Shown here one piece after another: positions 8,766-17,952 of a DNA stretch of 64,000 nt. Below the pieces are notes generated by a model. It had not been told where the DNA came from and searched no databases. It saw nothing but the letters and a program-made list of their open reading frames with translations. The stretch is taken from positions 15,578 through 79,577 of the forward strand of contig CAXCCF010000002.1 of the NCBI GenBank assembly GCA_963981035.1, written 5' to 3'. Position 1 is the stretch's first letter. Every line of letters begins with the position of its first letter. Source of the DNA: an uncultured euryarchaeote (GTDB lineage: Archaea; Thermoplasmatota; Poseidoniia; Poseidoniales; Poseidoniaceae). Made by a program: the position numbers and the translations under genes.

Positions 8766-10367
8766 ATGGTCGCGTCACGTAAAGAGGAGTGGGAAACCCT
8801 TGGCGGTCTTGACATTCCTCTGCAAAGCGATCAAGATACTCTTTCAGATGTGGGATATTCTCAGTCAAATGTGGGTAGTGCGGGTAGCGCACCATATACT
8901 AGAGGAATTCATTCCACTATGTACCGCTCAAGGCTGTGGACAATGCGCCAATATGCTGGTTTCTCCAGTGCCGAAGAGACAAATAAAAGATTTAAACTTC
9001 TGTTGGAAAGAGGGCAAAAAGGACTCTCTGTTGCCTTTGACTTGCCAACTCAACTTGGCCTAGATGCAGATGATGAATTATCACTGGGAGAAGTTGGGAA
9101 AGTAGGTGTTTCCATATCTTCTATTGATGATATGCGATTATTACTTGATGGGATTCCATTAGACCAAGTTAGTACATCGATGACAATTAACTCGCCTGCA
9201 ATTATCCTATTGGCGATGTATGTCGCAGTTGCAGAAGAACAAGGAGTCTCATCTGACAAAGTTATTGGAACTATACAAAATGACATTCTAAAGGAATATA
9301 TTGCCAGAGGAACATATGTGTTTCCACCAAAACAATCTATGCGATTGATTACTGATGTGTTTGAATATTGTGCAGAACATATACCTCTTTGGAATACAAT
9401 CTCAATTTCAGGATATCATATTCGCGAAGCCGGTTCCACTGCAGTACAGGAAGTGGCTTTCACACTTGCAAATGCACTGGCATATGTTGAGGCGGCAATA
9501 GAATCGGGATTGGATATTGATGCATTTGCTCCAAGACTTTCTTTCTTTTTCAATTGCCATAATGATTTCTTTGAAGAGGCAAGCAAATTTAGAGCTGCGA
9601 GAAGACTATGGTTTGATTTGATTAATGAAAGATTTAATCCTACCAATCCAAAGTCTGCAATGCTTAGATTCCATACTCAAGTTGCAGGGGTAAGCCTAAC
9701 TGCACAACAACCACTCAATAATATCGCTCGGGTGACAATACAGGCTCTCGCAGCAGTTTGTGGAGGCACACAAAGCCTCCACACCAATTCTTATGATGAA
9801 GCACTGGGTTTACCTACTGAAAAAAGTGCTACTGTAGCGCTACGTACTCAGCAAATTATCGCTGAAGAAAGTGGTGCTGCTGATATTGTAGACCCATTGG
9901 GTGGTTCTTACCATGTGGAAGCGTTAACCGAAAGAATTTACCAAGAATCTTTTGCTCAGATAAAACAAATTGAATCCCTAGGTGGAGCATTGGCAGCAAT
10001 TGAGCAGGGTTGGCAACAAAGGGAAATTCACAATGCTGCGTTTAAGCATCTAATGGATGTTGAATCTGGTGAAAGAAAAATAGTCGGTGTTAACCATGGA
10101 GTAATGGAGGATGAAACAAGTACTGAAGTCCTACAACTAGACCCTGCTGTTGGCCAAATGCAATGTCAAAGATTGGCCAATCTAAGAGATAATAGAGATT
10201 CTGTGATGGCACAGAAGTGCATTGATGCAATTGCGGTTGCGGCTGCTGGTACAGAAAATCTATTTCCATTGATCCTAGATGCTGTAAAGGCAAATTGCAC
10301 ACTTGGAGAAATAATGAATGCAATGCGCGATGAGTTTGGCGAATGGAAGGCTCCAAGTGGATTTTGA
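8766..10367 (+). CDS. Methylmalonyl-CoA mutase, substrate-binding (large) subunit
   Basis: PYTRG, WTMRQYAGF, GLSVAFDLPTQ, TIQNDILKEY, SISGYHIREAG, QSLHTN; no B12-binding domain. Confidence 0.93.
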   Translation: MVASRKEEWETLGGLDIPLQSDQDTLSDVGYSQSNVGSAGSAPYTRGIHSTMYRSRLWTMRQYAGFSSAEETNKRFKLLLERGQKGLSVAFDLPTQLGLDADDELSLGEVGKVGVSISSIDDMRLLLDGIPLDQVSTSMTINSPAIILLAMYVAVAEEQGVSSDKVIGTIQNDILKEYIARGTYVFPPKQSMRLITDVFEYCAEHIPLWNTISISGYHIREAGSTAVQEVAFTLANALAYVEAAIESGLDIDAFAPRLSFFFNCHNDFFEEASKFRAARRLWFDLINERFNPTNPKSAMLRFHTQVAGVSLTAQQPLNNIARVTIQALAAVCGGTQSLHTNSYDEALGLPTEKSATVALRTQQIIAEESGAADIVDPLGGSYHVEALTERIYQESFAQIKQIESLGGALAAIEQGWQQREIHNAAFKHLMDVESGERKIVGVNHGVMEDETSTEVLQLDPAVGQMQCQRLANLRDNRDSVMAQKCIDAIAVAAAGTENLFPLILDAVKANCTLGEIMNAMRDEFGEWKAPSGF

Positions 10368-10376
10368 GGTGAGAAA

Positions 10377-10814
10377 ATGGATTTTGGATCAATACACATA
10401 GATCATATCGGAATAGCAACTAGTGATTTAGACTCAGCTAGTCATTTTTGGAAACTACTTGGATTAGTAAATAATACAGAGGATGAAACTGTAATAGAAC
10501 AAGGAGTTACCACTCGATTTTTTTCAACTTCTCCTTCAGATGAGAGTGTTGAAAGTCACCCACCAATGATCGAATTACTTCAACCAACTTCTCCGGATAC
10601 ACCCATCGGTCGATTTTTGGCAAAGCGCGGGGCTGGAATTCAACAATTGTGTTTCCGCGTAGACAATTTGCAAGCGCTAATTGACTATTTACTGGATAAC
10701 GGTATTCAGATGATTGATAATGAACCAAAACTCGGTGCTGGTGGCTCAAAAATTGCATTCGTACACCCCAAATCAACAGGCGGGGTATTGGTGGAATTAA
10801 AACAGAAAAATTGA
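10377..10814 (+). CDS. mce: Methylmalonyl-CoA epimerase (VOC family)
   Basis: IDHIGIA, IELLQP, FVHPKSTGGVLVEL; follows the mutase. Confidence 0.92.
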   Translation: MDFGSIHIDHIGIATSDLDSASHFWKLLGLVNNTEDETVIEQGVTTRFFSTSPSDESVESHPPMIELLQPTSPDTPIGRFLAKRGAGIQQLCFRVDNLQALIDYLLDNGIQMIDNEPKLGAGGSKIAFVHPKSTGGVLVELKQKN

Positions 10815-10880
10815 CAAATGAAACTCAATGAAAATTTTTGAGGAATACTCTCTTAACCCTACTGTGATAGGGTTGATTTG

Positions 10881-11186
10881 ATGAGAACTTGCGTAGACCA
10901 CCTTATTGCCCTACCACATATTGATGGCCCACGAGTTAGAAAAGAAGCGGAATTTGTTTCTGCTCAGTTAGATAACCTACGGAATAACGGAAAAATTTCC
11001 AATGATGCATTTCTTGATGCTGGAGCAATACAAGGGGCATTCAACATGATCGGTAATTTAGTAGAAATGGGTATTCCTCAGAAAGAAATTCATCAGCAAT
11101 TAAGACAGCAATTGCTACGTGCCTGTCGCCTAGAAGAGAAGCACCCTGGTCTAGATGCTGCGGTTGAATCCGGAAGAGCCAGTTGA
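10881..11186 (+). CDS. Hypothetical helical protein
   Basis: About 101-aa ORF directly upstream of the ABC genes. Confidence 0.6.
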   Translation: MRTCVDHLIALPHIDGPRVRKEAEFVSAQLDNLRNNGKISNDAFLDAGAIQGAFNMIGNLVEMGIPQKEIHQQLRQQLLRACRLEEKHPGLDAAVESGRAS

Positions 11187-11195
11187 GGGAAAATA

Positions 11196-12023
11196 ATGTC
11201 TGAAAAGTTGCTCTCAATAAAGGGGGTCGCCAAGCATTTTGACGAGATAAAAGCCCTAACTCATGTTGATTTAGATATTCACAGTGGTGAAATCGTTGGT
11301 TTGGTCGGTAGTAATGGTGCAGGGAAAACTACACTTTTGAGACTAATGGCTGGAGTCTATACGCCAACTAGTGGAAGTGTAACATTACAAGATGGTTCCG
11401 ATGTTACAAAAATGAGGCACTTATTGGGTGTAGTTCCCGAATCTACAGGATTGTATTCACGTTTGACGGCATGGGAAAATATTCGCTATCATTCAAGATT
11501 GTACGGAATTGATGATGAATCATCATGGAAGCGTACACAATTATTTGCCAGTAGACTAGGTATGAGTGATAGCCTTAGTAGGCATACCAAAGGATTCAGT
11601 AGAGGAATGAGGCAGAAAACAGCCCTTCTTAGGGCTCTTGCACATGGACCTAGTATTCTTCTTCTAGACGAACCTACGGCGGGATTGGACATTACAAGTG
11701 CAAGAACTGTCAGAGCACTTGTTAAGCAGTTAAGAGATGAAGGTGGAACAGTAGTATATTCAACTCATCAATTAGAAGAAGCAAGACAAGTATGTGATCG
11801 AATCATTATCATTCACAACGGTGAGGTAAGAGCAGATGGTTCTCCACAACAGTTGATGCAACAAACCGAACAAGATTCTCTCGAAGAAGCATATGTTTCT
11901 TTGACTGCAGATCAAGCGAGGGCAAGGTCTGAAGATGATGACTCAGAAGGCAGGTTTACTGCTTGGTGGAGAAAACTTTTCACTCCAAAAACCCCTGAAC
12001 TGGAGGTGGACCTCGATGGCTGA
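11196..12023 (+). CDS. natA: ABC transporter ATP-binding subunit, NatA-like
   Basis: Walker A GSNGAGKTT, signature FSRGMRQK, Walker B LLLDEPT. Confidence 0.85.
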   Translation: MSEKLLSIKGVAKHFDEIKALTHVDLDIHSGEIVGLVGSNGAGKTTLLRLMAGVYTPTSGSVTLQDGSDVTKMRHLLGVVPESTGLYSRLTAWENIRYHSRLYGIDDESSWKRTQLFASRLGMSDSLSRHTKGFSRGMRQKTALLRALAHGPSILLLDEPTAGLDITSARTVRALVKQLRDEGGTVVYSTHQLEEARQVCDRIIIIHNGEVRADGSPQQLMQQTEQDSLEEAYVSLTADQARARSEDDDSEGRFTAWWRKLFTPKTPELEVDLDG

Positions 12024-13236
12024 TGGTAGTGCAATGCGAATTAAGCAAATTGCCAAAAAGGAGGTTGTTGAATTCGCTAGAGACTGGCGAACAATAATTG
12101 CCATTATCGTAATACCATTATTGATGTTCCCACTTTTATTCATATTATTCCCTGTACTGCTTCAGTCAGAAGCAGCAGAATTACAATCACTTGAATTGGA
12201 TTTGACTATTCAAACCGATGGAATGCCAAATAATTTGAGCGCTATTATCAATCAATCTTCAATACAAATAACATATGAAGAATTGCCAATATTAGATGAT
12301 TTGAGTCAACCAGGTGATGACCTAGAAAAACTGAGAAATGGTACTGTTGATGCTGTTCTAAGGATTACTCAAAATGAAGATATTTGGTATTATTCAATTC
12401 TCCATATGTCTACATCTGAGCAATCTAGAGAGGCGAAATCAAGATTGTTGTATGACCTAAATGAATGGGAGAATAATGAAACTGCAGCGCGAATTGAATC
12501 CGGTGGCCTTGATGTAAACTCAACTTTGGACCCATTGAGATGGGATGGAGAGATTTCTCAAGCAGATGCTGCAACAGCTGGTGAGCAGGCAGGTATGGCC
12601 TTATCCATGTTTATACCGCTAGTATTGGCCGTTTGGACCTTCTCATCAGCGATACAGCCTTCTATCGATATGACTGCAGGAGAACGCGAAAGAGGGACTT
12701 TGGAAGCACTTCTAAGCCTGCCATGTACGCGGCTGGAATTATTATTCGGCAAGTGGTTAGCAGTAGCCACTATTACCGGTGTTGGCGTATTACTGCAAAT
12801 ATTTGGATTACTATTTGCAATAGGCTATCTAGCAAGTTCTAGTATTCTTGGAGTTCCTGAATTGTCATTGATGACAATAATCTTAATCGTTGGTGCAATA
12901 ATGCTATTTGCCATTATGGTTGTTGCAATTGAATTAGCACTTGCAATGAGATCTCATAGTGTAAAGGAGGCTGGCAGTATTTTGGGTCCAGCGATAATGC
13001 TAATTATTTTCCCAGCATTATTTACGCAAGTTATCAATCTAGATGGAATTGAGTCGTTTTGGTTTGCAATTCCAGTGGTTAATGTTCTACTTGCACTACG
13101 TGAATTACTAATGAATAGAATCATTGTGTCGCATATTTTGATTTGGGTAGGAACCTCATTATTGTATGCGGTCTTAGCTGCAAAGTATGCATCAAATCAA
13201 TTCAAGAGAGAAGATATTGTAACTTCACTTAGTTGA
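12016..13236 (+). CDS. natB: ABC-2 permease, NatB-like
   Basis: IAKKE..RDWRT, DMTAGERERGTLEALL..P, GKWLA; multiple TM helices; SD GGAGGTG. Confidence 0.85.
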   Translation: MADGSAMRIKQIAKKEVVEFARDWRTIIAIIVIPLLMFPLLFILFPVLLQSEAAELQSLELDLTIQTDGMPNNLSAIINQSSIQITYEELPILDDLSQPGDDLEKLRNGTVDAVLRITQNEDIWYYSILHMSTSEQSREAKSRLLYDLNEWENNETAARIESGGLDVNSTLDPLRWDGEISQADAATAGEQAGMALSMFIPLVLAVWTFSSAIQPSIDMTAGERERGTLEALLSLPCTRLELLFGKWLAVATITGVGVLLQIFGLLFAIGYLASSSILGVPELSLMTIILIVGAIMLFAIMVVAIELALAMRSHSVKEAGSILGPAIMLIIFPALFTQVINLDGIESFWFAIPVVNVLLALRELLMNRIIVSHILIWVGTSLLYAVLAAKYASNQFKREDIVTSLS

Positions 13237-14733
13237 TTATGAAGTAAAGTGAATTATTGATTCTCTAACAATGCTGATTATCAAATCAATTTCTTGGGAA
13301 GTAATTGCAAAGTGTGGGGTGAACCTTAATGCATTCTTTCCACCATGGATAACTCCCAGCCCTCTCTTTCTACACCATGGTTCCACTGCATCGAATCCGA
13401 TTACAGGTAGGACATCTGGTCTTAATTCTGCACTGCATAACAAGCCAGTTCCTTGAACCAAGGTAATGTATTCAGGAAATTCTTCCGCAAGTTGACTCAA
13501 TTTTTCTACAAATTCTTCACCCTTATCGCGAATGTTTTGTCTTAACTCAGGTGTAATTCTATCCAGTACTGCTACTGCTGTTTCTAATGCCCTAGGATTA
13601 GTAGTCATCGTATTACCATAGATTCCAGAAACATAGAGGGATGATGCTCTTGCATTCATTCCGAGTACAGATAGAGGGTATTGACCAGCATTCATCGCTT
13701 TTGACCACGTTTCAAGATCTGGAGCAATACAATCTTGGAATCCTTGATAGTCAACAATGGACAAACAACCTTGGCCTCTCAATCCTGCTTGAATAGAATC
13801 TACAAGTAGCATTGAGCCATGCTCTAATGTTAATCTTCGCGCCTCGTCATAGAAAGCGCGCTCTACACATTGACCAGGATTACCTTCTCCCTGAACGGGT
13901 TCAATTGCCATCAATTCAATGAATTCACCATTTGCCTCAGCATCTGAAAATACCTTTCTGAGGGCTTCAATATCATTTGGTGGAACTAGGTATAAATTAT
14001 CTCTATCTCTAAAGGAGGCGAGGTTTTTGTCATAATTTGGTTTGCAGGAATGTGAAATTTGTGCTGGACGACCTGTACGTCCATGGAATGCTTGTTCAAT
14101 GGCGACCAATTTGATTGCTTTTCCTTCGTATCTGCCACCAGGACCTGTCATTGTGTTGGCATTTGCATCAGAAATCCTCAAAGAAACAGTAACAGCCTCT
14201 GAACCGCTATTCATGCAAATAAATCTATCAAATGGGCAACTGCCACGACTATGTCCTAGTTCTTTCTTCAGTCGATCTGTTAATCTCTGCTGAGAAAATG
14301 ATGGAGTCATTACATTGGCCATTACCCAATTCTGCGACATTGCCTCAATAATTTCATCAGGTCCATGACCGCCCCCTAGCATTCCATATCCTCCATTGTC
14401 ATGCAATACTGCACCATGAGAGGAAATTACCCATGGACCTCTAGCCGCAATAGCAACATATGGATTGACTGTTGCTGGATTGTAAAAATTGACATAACCA
14501 CTTTGTAGTTTGGTTACCAATTCCATCTCAGGCGACATCAATAACTGAGAATCAAATTCATCCCTCAGACCTAAATGACATGCATGCGCCTCTTTTATTG
14601 CCCTCGATAAATTTGAATCTAAGCCTATGAAATTACTGATTTCAGCATCATTCAGACCCGGTGTTTCACAAGTACCTGAGTTGTTTCTAATGTCAAAAAG
14701 TAATTCCATCAACTGCTCAACTTTAGCACTCAT
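13237..14733 (-). CDS. lat: Class III PLP aminotransferase, L-lysine 6-aminotransferase-like
   Basis: VNFY..VNPYVAIAARGPW, GGYGMLG, NSGSEAV, FHGRT, DSIQAG, SKA, YGNTMTTNPRAL; resembles the Flavobacterium lutescens Lat type. Start moved to ATG 14733. Confidence 0.75.
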   Translation of the reverse strand: MSAKVEQLMELLFDIRNNSGTCETPGLNDAEISNFIGLDSNLSRAIKEAHACHLGLRDEFDSQLLMSPEMELVTKLQSGYVNFYNPATVNPYVAIAARGPWVISSHGAVLHDNGGYGMLGGGHGPDEIIEAMSQNWVMANVMTPSFSQQRLTDRLKKELGHSRGSCPFDRFICMNSGSEAVTVSLRISDANANTMTGPGGRYEGKAIKLVAIEQAFHGRTGRPAQISHSCKPNYDKNLASFRDRDNLYLVPPNDIEALRKVFSDAEANGEFIELMAIEPVQGEGNPGQCVERAFYDEARRLTLEHGSMLLVDSIQAGLRGQGCLSIVDYQGFQDCIAPDLETWSKAMNAGQYPLSVLGMNARASSLYVSGIYGNTMTTNPRALETAVAVLDRITPELRQNIRDKGEEFVEKLSQLAEEFPEYITLVQGTGLLCSAELRPDVLPVIGFDAVEPWCRKRGLGVIHGGKNALRFTPHFAITSQEIDLIISIVRESIIHFTS

Positions 14734-14840
14734 CAAACATTGTAATCGTAGGAGGGTTTTGAACATTTTTAGTGATACACTTCTTGTATTGCTGTGATAA
14801 TTTTCAAAAAATGGATGAAATACAATAACCAATCCCATAA

Positions 14841-14888
14841 TATTACTCAAGTAATAGCATAGTAATACTCCAGTAATACTTATATTAC
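14841..14888. promoter_or_regulatory. Operator-like repeat array overlapping the TATA box of the RHH-que operon
   Basis: AGTAATA at 14850, 14861 and 14872 (11-bp period); inverted TATTACT at 14841 and TATTAC at 14883; TTATAT box at 14880. Confidence 0.7.
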
Positions 14889-14907
14889 ATTGTGCGGAGG
14901 ACGAGAT

Positions 14908-15084
14908 ATGCCTAAGATTTCCTTGGACATGCCGAGCCAATTAACCGAAGATTTACGTAAACATGTAGGCGATGATAAGAAATTTGTCAGCCTTGCTGAT
15001 GCTGTAAGAACTGCTTGCAGAAAATTACTTGATCAACTTGATGAAATTGATTCAAGACATGGAAGAAATATACAGAAGGAGTAA
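14908..15084 (+). CDS. Ribbon-helix-helix (CopG/Arc/MetJ) transcription regulator
   Basis: MPKISLDMP beta strand, then helix, FVSLADAVRTACRKLL; SD GGAGG. Confidence 0.85.
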   Translation: MPKISLDMPSQLTEDLRKHVGDDKKFVSLADAVRTACRKLLDQLDEIDSRHGRNIQKE

Positions 15085-15089
15085 TTGAA

Positions 15090-15662
15090 ATGACCACTAA
15101 ACAAGAAGCGGAATCCGCAATAAAGACATTATTGGACTATTTAGAAGGAGATTCATCTGATAGAGAAGGGTTGATGAAGACTCCAACAAGGGTAATTGAT
15201 TCATGGCAAGAAGTATTCTCTGGTTATTCTCAAAGTGCAGGAGATATTCTTGAAGCCACTTTCAATGGAGAGGGTTATGATGGGATTGTTTTGTTGAGAG
15301 ATATTGAATTCCATTCAACTTGCGAGCATCATTTGCAACCATTCAAGGGACGAGCACATGTTGCATATATCCCAACTGAACGTATTGTTGGCATTTCTAA
15401 ATTAGCGCGGATAGTTGAGTTACATGGAAGAAGATTACAAAATCAAGAACGCATTACCAAGGGAGTTGCTGATGATTTAGAAACTCATCTTGCACCACTA
15501 GGTTGCGCTGTAATTATTGAGGCCGCTCATGGGTGTATGCAGTGCAGAGGTGTTGGCAAGCAAAATGCAGTAATGACTACTTCTGCAATGCGGGGAGTGT
15601 TTTTCGATAATTCAGAAGCTAGAGCCGAATTAATGCAATTAATTCACAGCCGTCCTTTGTGA
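15090..15662 (+). CDS. folE: GTP cyclohydrolase I (type IA)
   Basis: REGLMKTP.R, STCEHHL.PF.G, GISKLAR, RLQNQER, HGCM..RGV. Confidence 0.95.
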   Translation: MTTKQEAESAIKTLLDYLEGDSSDREGLMKTPTRVIDSWQEVFSGYSQSAGDILEATFNGEGYDGIVLLRDIEFHSTCEHHLQPFKGRAHVAYIPTERIVGISKLARIVELHGRRLQNQERITKGVADDLETHLAPLGCAVIIEAAHGCMQCRGVGKQNAVMTTSAMRGVFFDNSEARAELMQLIHSRPL

Positions 15663-16345
15663 AATGTGAGGTGTGTAACTTGAATGGAGAATTTGGAAAT
15701 TGTGGGATTTCGGGCAACGCTTCTGTTGACAATCCTTCAGATTTAGCCATGGAGTATAAGGTTGTAGAAATATTCCATTCAATTCAAGGTGAAGGCGCTA
15801 AATGTGGAATACCTCATGTTTTTATTCGCTTTGGAAAATGCAATTTGCAATGCGAATGGTGTGATACTGACTTTGAAACTTTTACAACAATGACCGCAAT
15901 TGACATTTTATCAGAGGTCCTAAAATTTGATTGTAAACGAATAATATTCACTGGCGGTGAGCCGATGCTAAATGATCTATGGCCGCTACATCGGCTATTC
16001 AAAGCGCGTGGCTATGAACTATCATGTGAAAGTAATGGCACTATTGAAATTCCAGATGGATTACTGGATTGGATAACCATTTCTCCAAAAGACCAAGAAT
16101 ATCCAAATGTATCGATACGTCAAACTAGTGGTGATGAATTAAAATGCGTTTATGTTGGTCAAGACCTTGCAATGTATGATGCAATAAAAGAGGGTTTTGA
16201 ACATCTGTTTTTGCAACCATGTTACTTGCATTCAGAGAGCGTTGAATGGAATGGAAAGAATTTTGCACTCACAGAAAATGTTGTGAAAAAGAATCCTCAG
16301 TGGAGACTAAGTCTTCAAACTCATAAATGGATGGGCATAGATTAA
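15659..16345 (+). CDS. queE: 7-carboxy-7-deazaguanine synthase (radical SAM)
   Basis: EIFHSIQGEG, CNLQCEWCDT, TGGEP, SPK, LQP, WRLSLQTHK. GTG overlaps the folE stop; alternative ATG at 15749. Confidence 0.95.
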   Translation: MKCEVCNLNGEFGNCGISGNASVDNPSDLAMEYKVVEIFHSIQGEGAKCGIPHVFIRFGKCNLQCEWCDTDFETFTTMTAIDILSEVLKFDCKRIIFTGGEPMLNDLWPLHRLFKARGYELSCESNGTIEIPDGLLDWITISPKDQEYPNVSIRQTSGDELKCVYVGQDLAMYDAIKEGFEHLFLQPCYLHSESVEWNGKNFALTENVVKKNPQWRLSLQTHKWMGID

Positions 16346-16357
16346 GGAGGGGGTTTT

Positions 16358-17500
16358 TTGAGAGCAGTAATGGCATTTAGTGGAGGAATGGATTCGACTA
16401 GTTTGTTGATGAGATTACTCGCTGATGGATATTCTGTTGATTGTCTATCTTATGAATATGGTCAAAAGCATAACATTGAATTAACTAGGGCAAAGCAAAA
16501 TATTTCATATCTTGAAGAAAATGGTTTTCAAGTTGTCCACCGTATTGTAGATTTGTCAAGCGCGATGAATCTATTCCATTCTAGCCTAATCGTTGGAGGC
16601 GATGAAGTTCCCCAGGGGCACTATGAAGAAGAAGCGATGAAAGCCACCGTAGTTCCAAATAGAAATGCAATTTTCTCTTCTATTCTCTATGGTTATGCAT
16701 TGTCTATTGCATTAAAGGAAAATTGCGATGTAGAAATCGCTTTGGGTGTCCACAGTGGAGACCACGAAATATATCCTGACTGCAGGCCTGAATTTTATCA
16801 AGCTATAGGCCATGCATTCGCAGTAGGTAATTGGGATAGCGAAAAAGTTTCGTTTAAGTTACCATATTTAGATGGCGATAAAGAAACAATTCTCCGAGAT
16901 GCTGAACTTGCAATTGAAAAATTGGAATTAGATTTTTCAACAATATTTCGCAATACTAATACTTCCTATGACCCTGATGAATTGGGCCGCGCAAGTGGAA
17001 CTAGTGGCGCAGACATAGAACGAATCTTGGCATTTCATGCAATTGGAAAAGAAGATCCTGTCGAATATGTCACTTCATGGAATGCTGTATTAAGTAATGC
17101 ACTTGCAATTGAAAGTAAGCATAGAGATGAGGATTATCGTCAACGCTTGAGTGAATTACAATATCATGTCACGAGAGAAAGTGGTACAGAAGCAGCATTT
17201 AGTGGACTGTTGTGGGATGAAAAACGGGAAGGCGAATATTCCTGCCTATGTTGTGGTCACATGTTATTTAATTCCGAATTAAAGTATGATTCAGGATGTG
17301 GTTGGCCCTCATTCCATAGTGAACTTGAAGATGCTTCTATCAATAGAGTGGAAGATAATTCTCATGGTAGAATTCGCACTGAAGTAAGATGCAGTAAATG
17401 TGATGCACATCTTGGACATGTATTCAATGATGGACCAGTTCAATTTGGTGGTGAAAGATATTGCATTAATTCAGCATCAATGGATTTTAAGGAGAGATGA
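16358..17500 (+). CDS. queC: Fusion of 7-cyano-7-deazaguanine synthase QueC and methionine-R-sulfoxide reductase MsrB
   Basis: N-part: SGGMDS, YGQKH..E, TVVPNRN, GDHEIYPDCRPEF. C-part: GTE.AF, CLCC, SGCGWPSF, RTEVRCSKCDAHLGHVFNDGP, RYCINS. No stop between them. Confidence 0.92.
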   Translation: MRAVMAFSGGMDSTSLLMRLLADGYSVDCLSYEYGQKHNIELTRAKQNISYLEENGFQVVHRIVDLSSAMNLFHSSLIVGGDEVPQGHYEEEAMKATVVPNRNAIFSSILYGYALSIALKENCDVEIALGVHSGDHEIYPDCRPEFYQAIGHAFAVGNWDSEKVSFKLPYLDGDKETILRDAELAIEKLELDFSTIFRNTNTSYDPDELGRASGTSGADIERILAFHAIGKEDPVEYVTSWNAVLSNALAIESKHRDEDYRQRLSELQYHVTRESGTEAAFSGLLWDEKREGEYSCLCCGHMLFNSELKYDSGCGWPSFHSELEDASINRVEDNSHGRIRTEVRCSKCDAHLGHVFNDGPVQFGGERYCINSASMDFKER

Positions 17501-17952
17501 AAATGACTACGATTATTAGAAGATATGTTGAAACTGATACAGGACATAGAGTTCCTAACCACAAAAGTAAGTGTAGGCATATGCATGGGCATCGCTATCG
17601 TTTTGAGGCAGAGATTGAGGGTGATATTGTAACTGAAAGCGGAGTATCTGAAGAAGGAATGTTAATCGATTTTTCAGATGTTTCGGCGATACTAACTGAA
17701 TATGTCCATGATGTAATAGACCATGCTTTCGTGGTATATTCTGGTGATGAAAAAGGTCTTGCTGCATGCTCTATGATGGATGATGAACATCGAACAGTTA
17801 TCGTACCATTCATCCCTACAGCGGAGAATCTAGCCAAGTGGGCATTTGACCAAGTTGAACCGCATATCAAAACCTCATATGGCAATAGACTAAGGCTAAT
17901 TGCCATGCATTGCCGTGAAACTCCAAAGAGTATTGCAAGTTGGAGAGTCTGA
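17497..17952 (+). CDS. queD: 6-carboxytetrahydropterin synthase
   Basis: GHR...KCRHMHGHRY, GMLIDF, DHA, PTAENLA, ETP; ATGA overlap with queC. Confidence 0.93.
   Translation: MKMTTIIRRYVETDTGHRVPNHKSKCRHMHGHRYRFEAEIEGDIVTESGVSEEGMLIDFSDVSAILTEYVHDVIDHAFVVYSGDEKGLAACSMMDDEHRTVIVPFIPTAENLAKWAFDQVEPHIKTSYGNRLRLIAMHCRETPKSIASWRV

Noticed and set aside
14734..14907. preQ1 riboswitch upstream of the que operon
   Set aside because: No recognisable preQ1 stem-loop with A-rich tail, and the TATA position leaves almost no leader
14734..14940. N-terminal extension making the aminotransferase 567 aa
   Set aside because: It runs through the AT-rich promoter/operator region and into the RHH gene. Family resemblance and the promoter box support ATG 14733.
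14908..17952. que cluster as a dpd-type DNA 7-deazaguanine modification or viral island
   Set aside because: No dpdA/tgt paralogue, integrase or viral genes nearby, and the flanks are housekeeping genes. tRNA modification is more parsimonious, though not proven.
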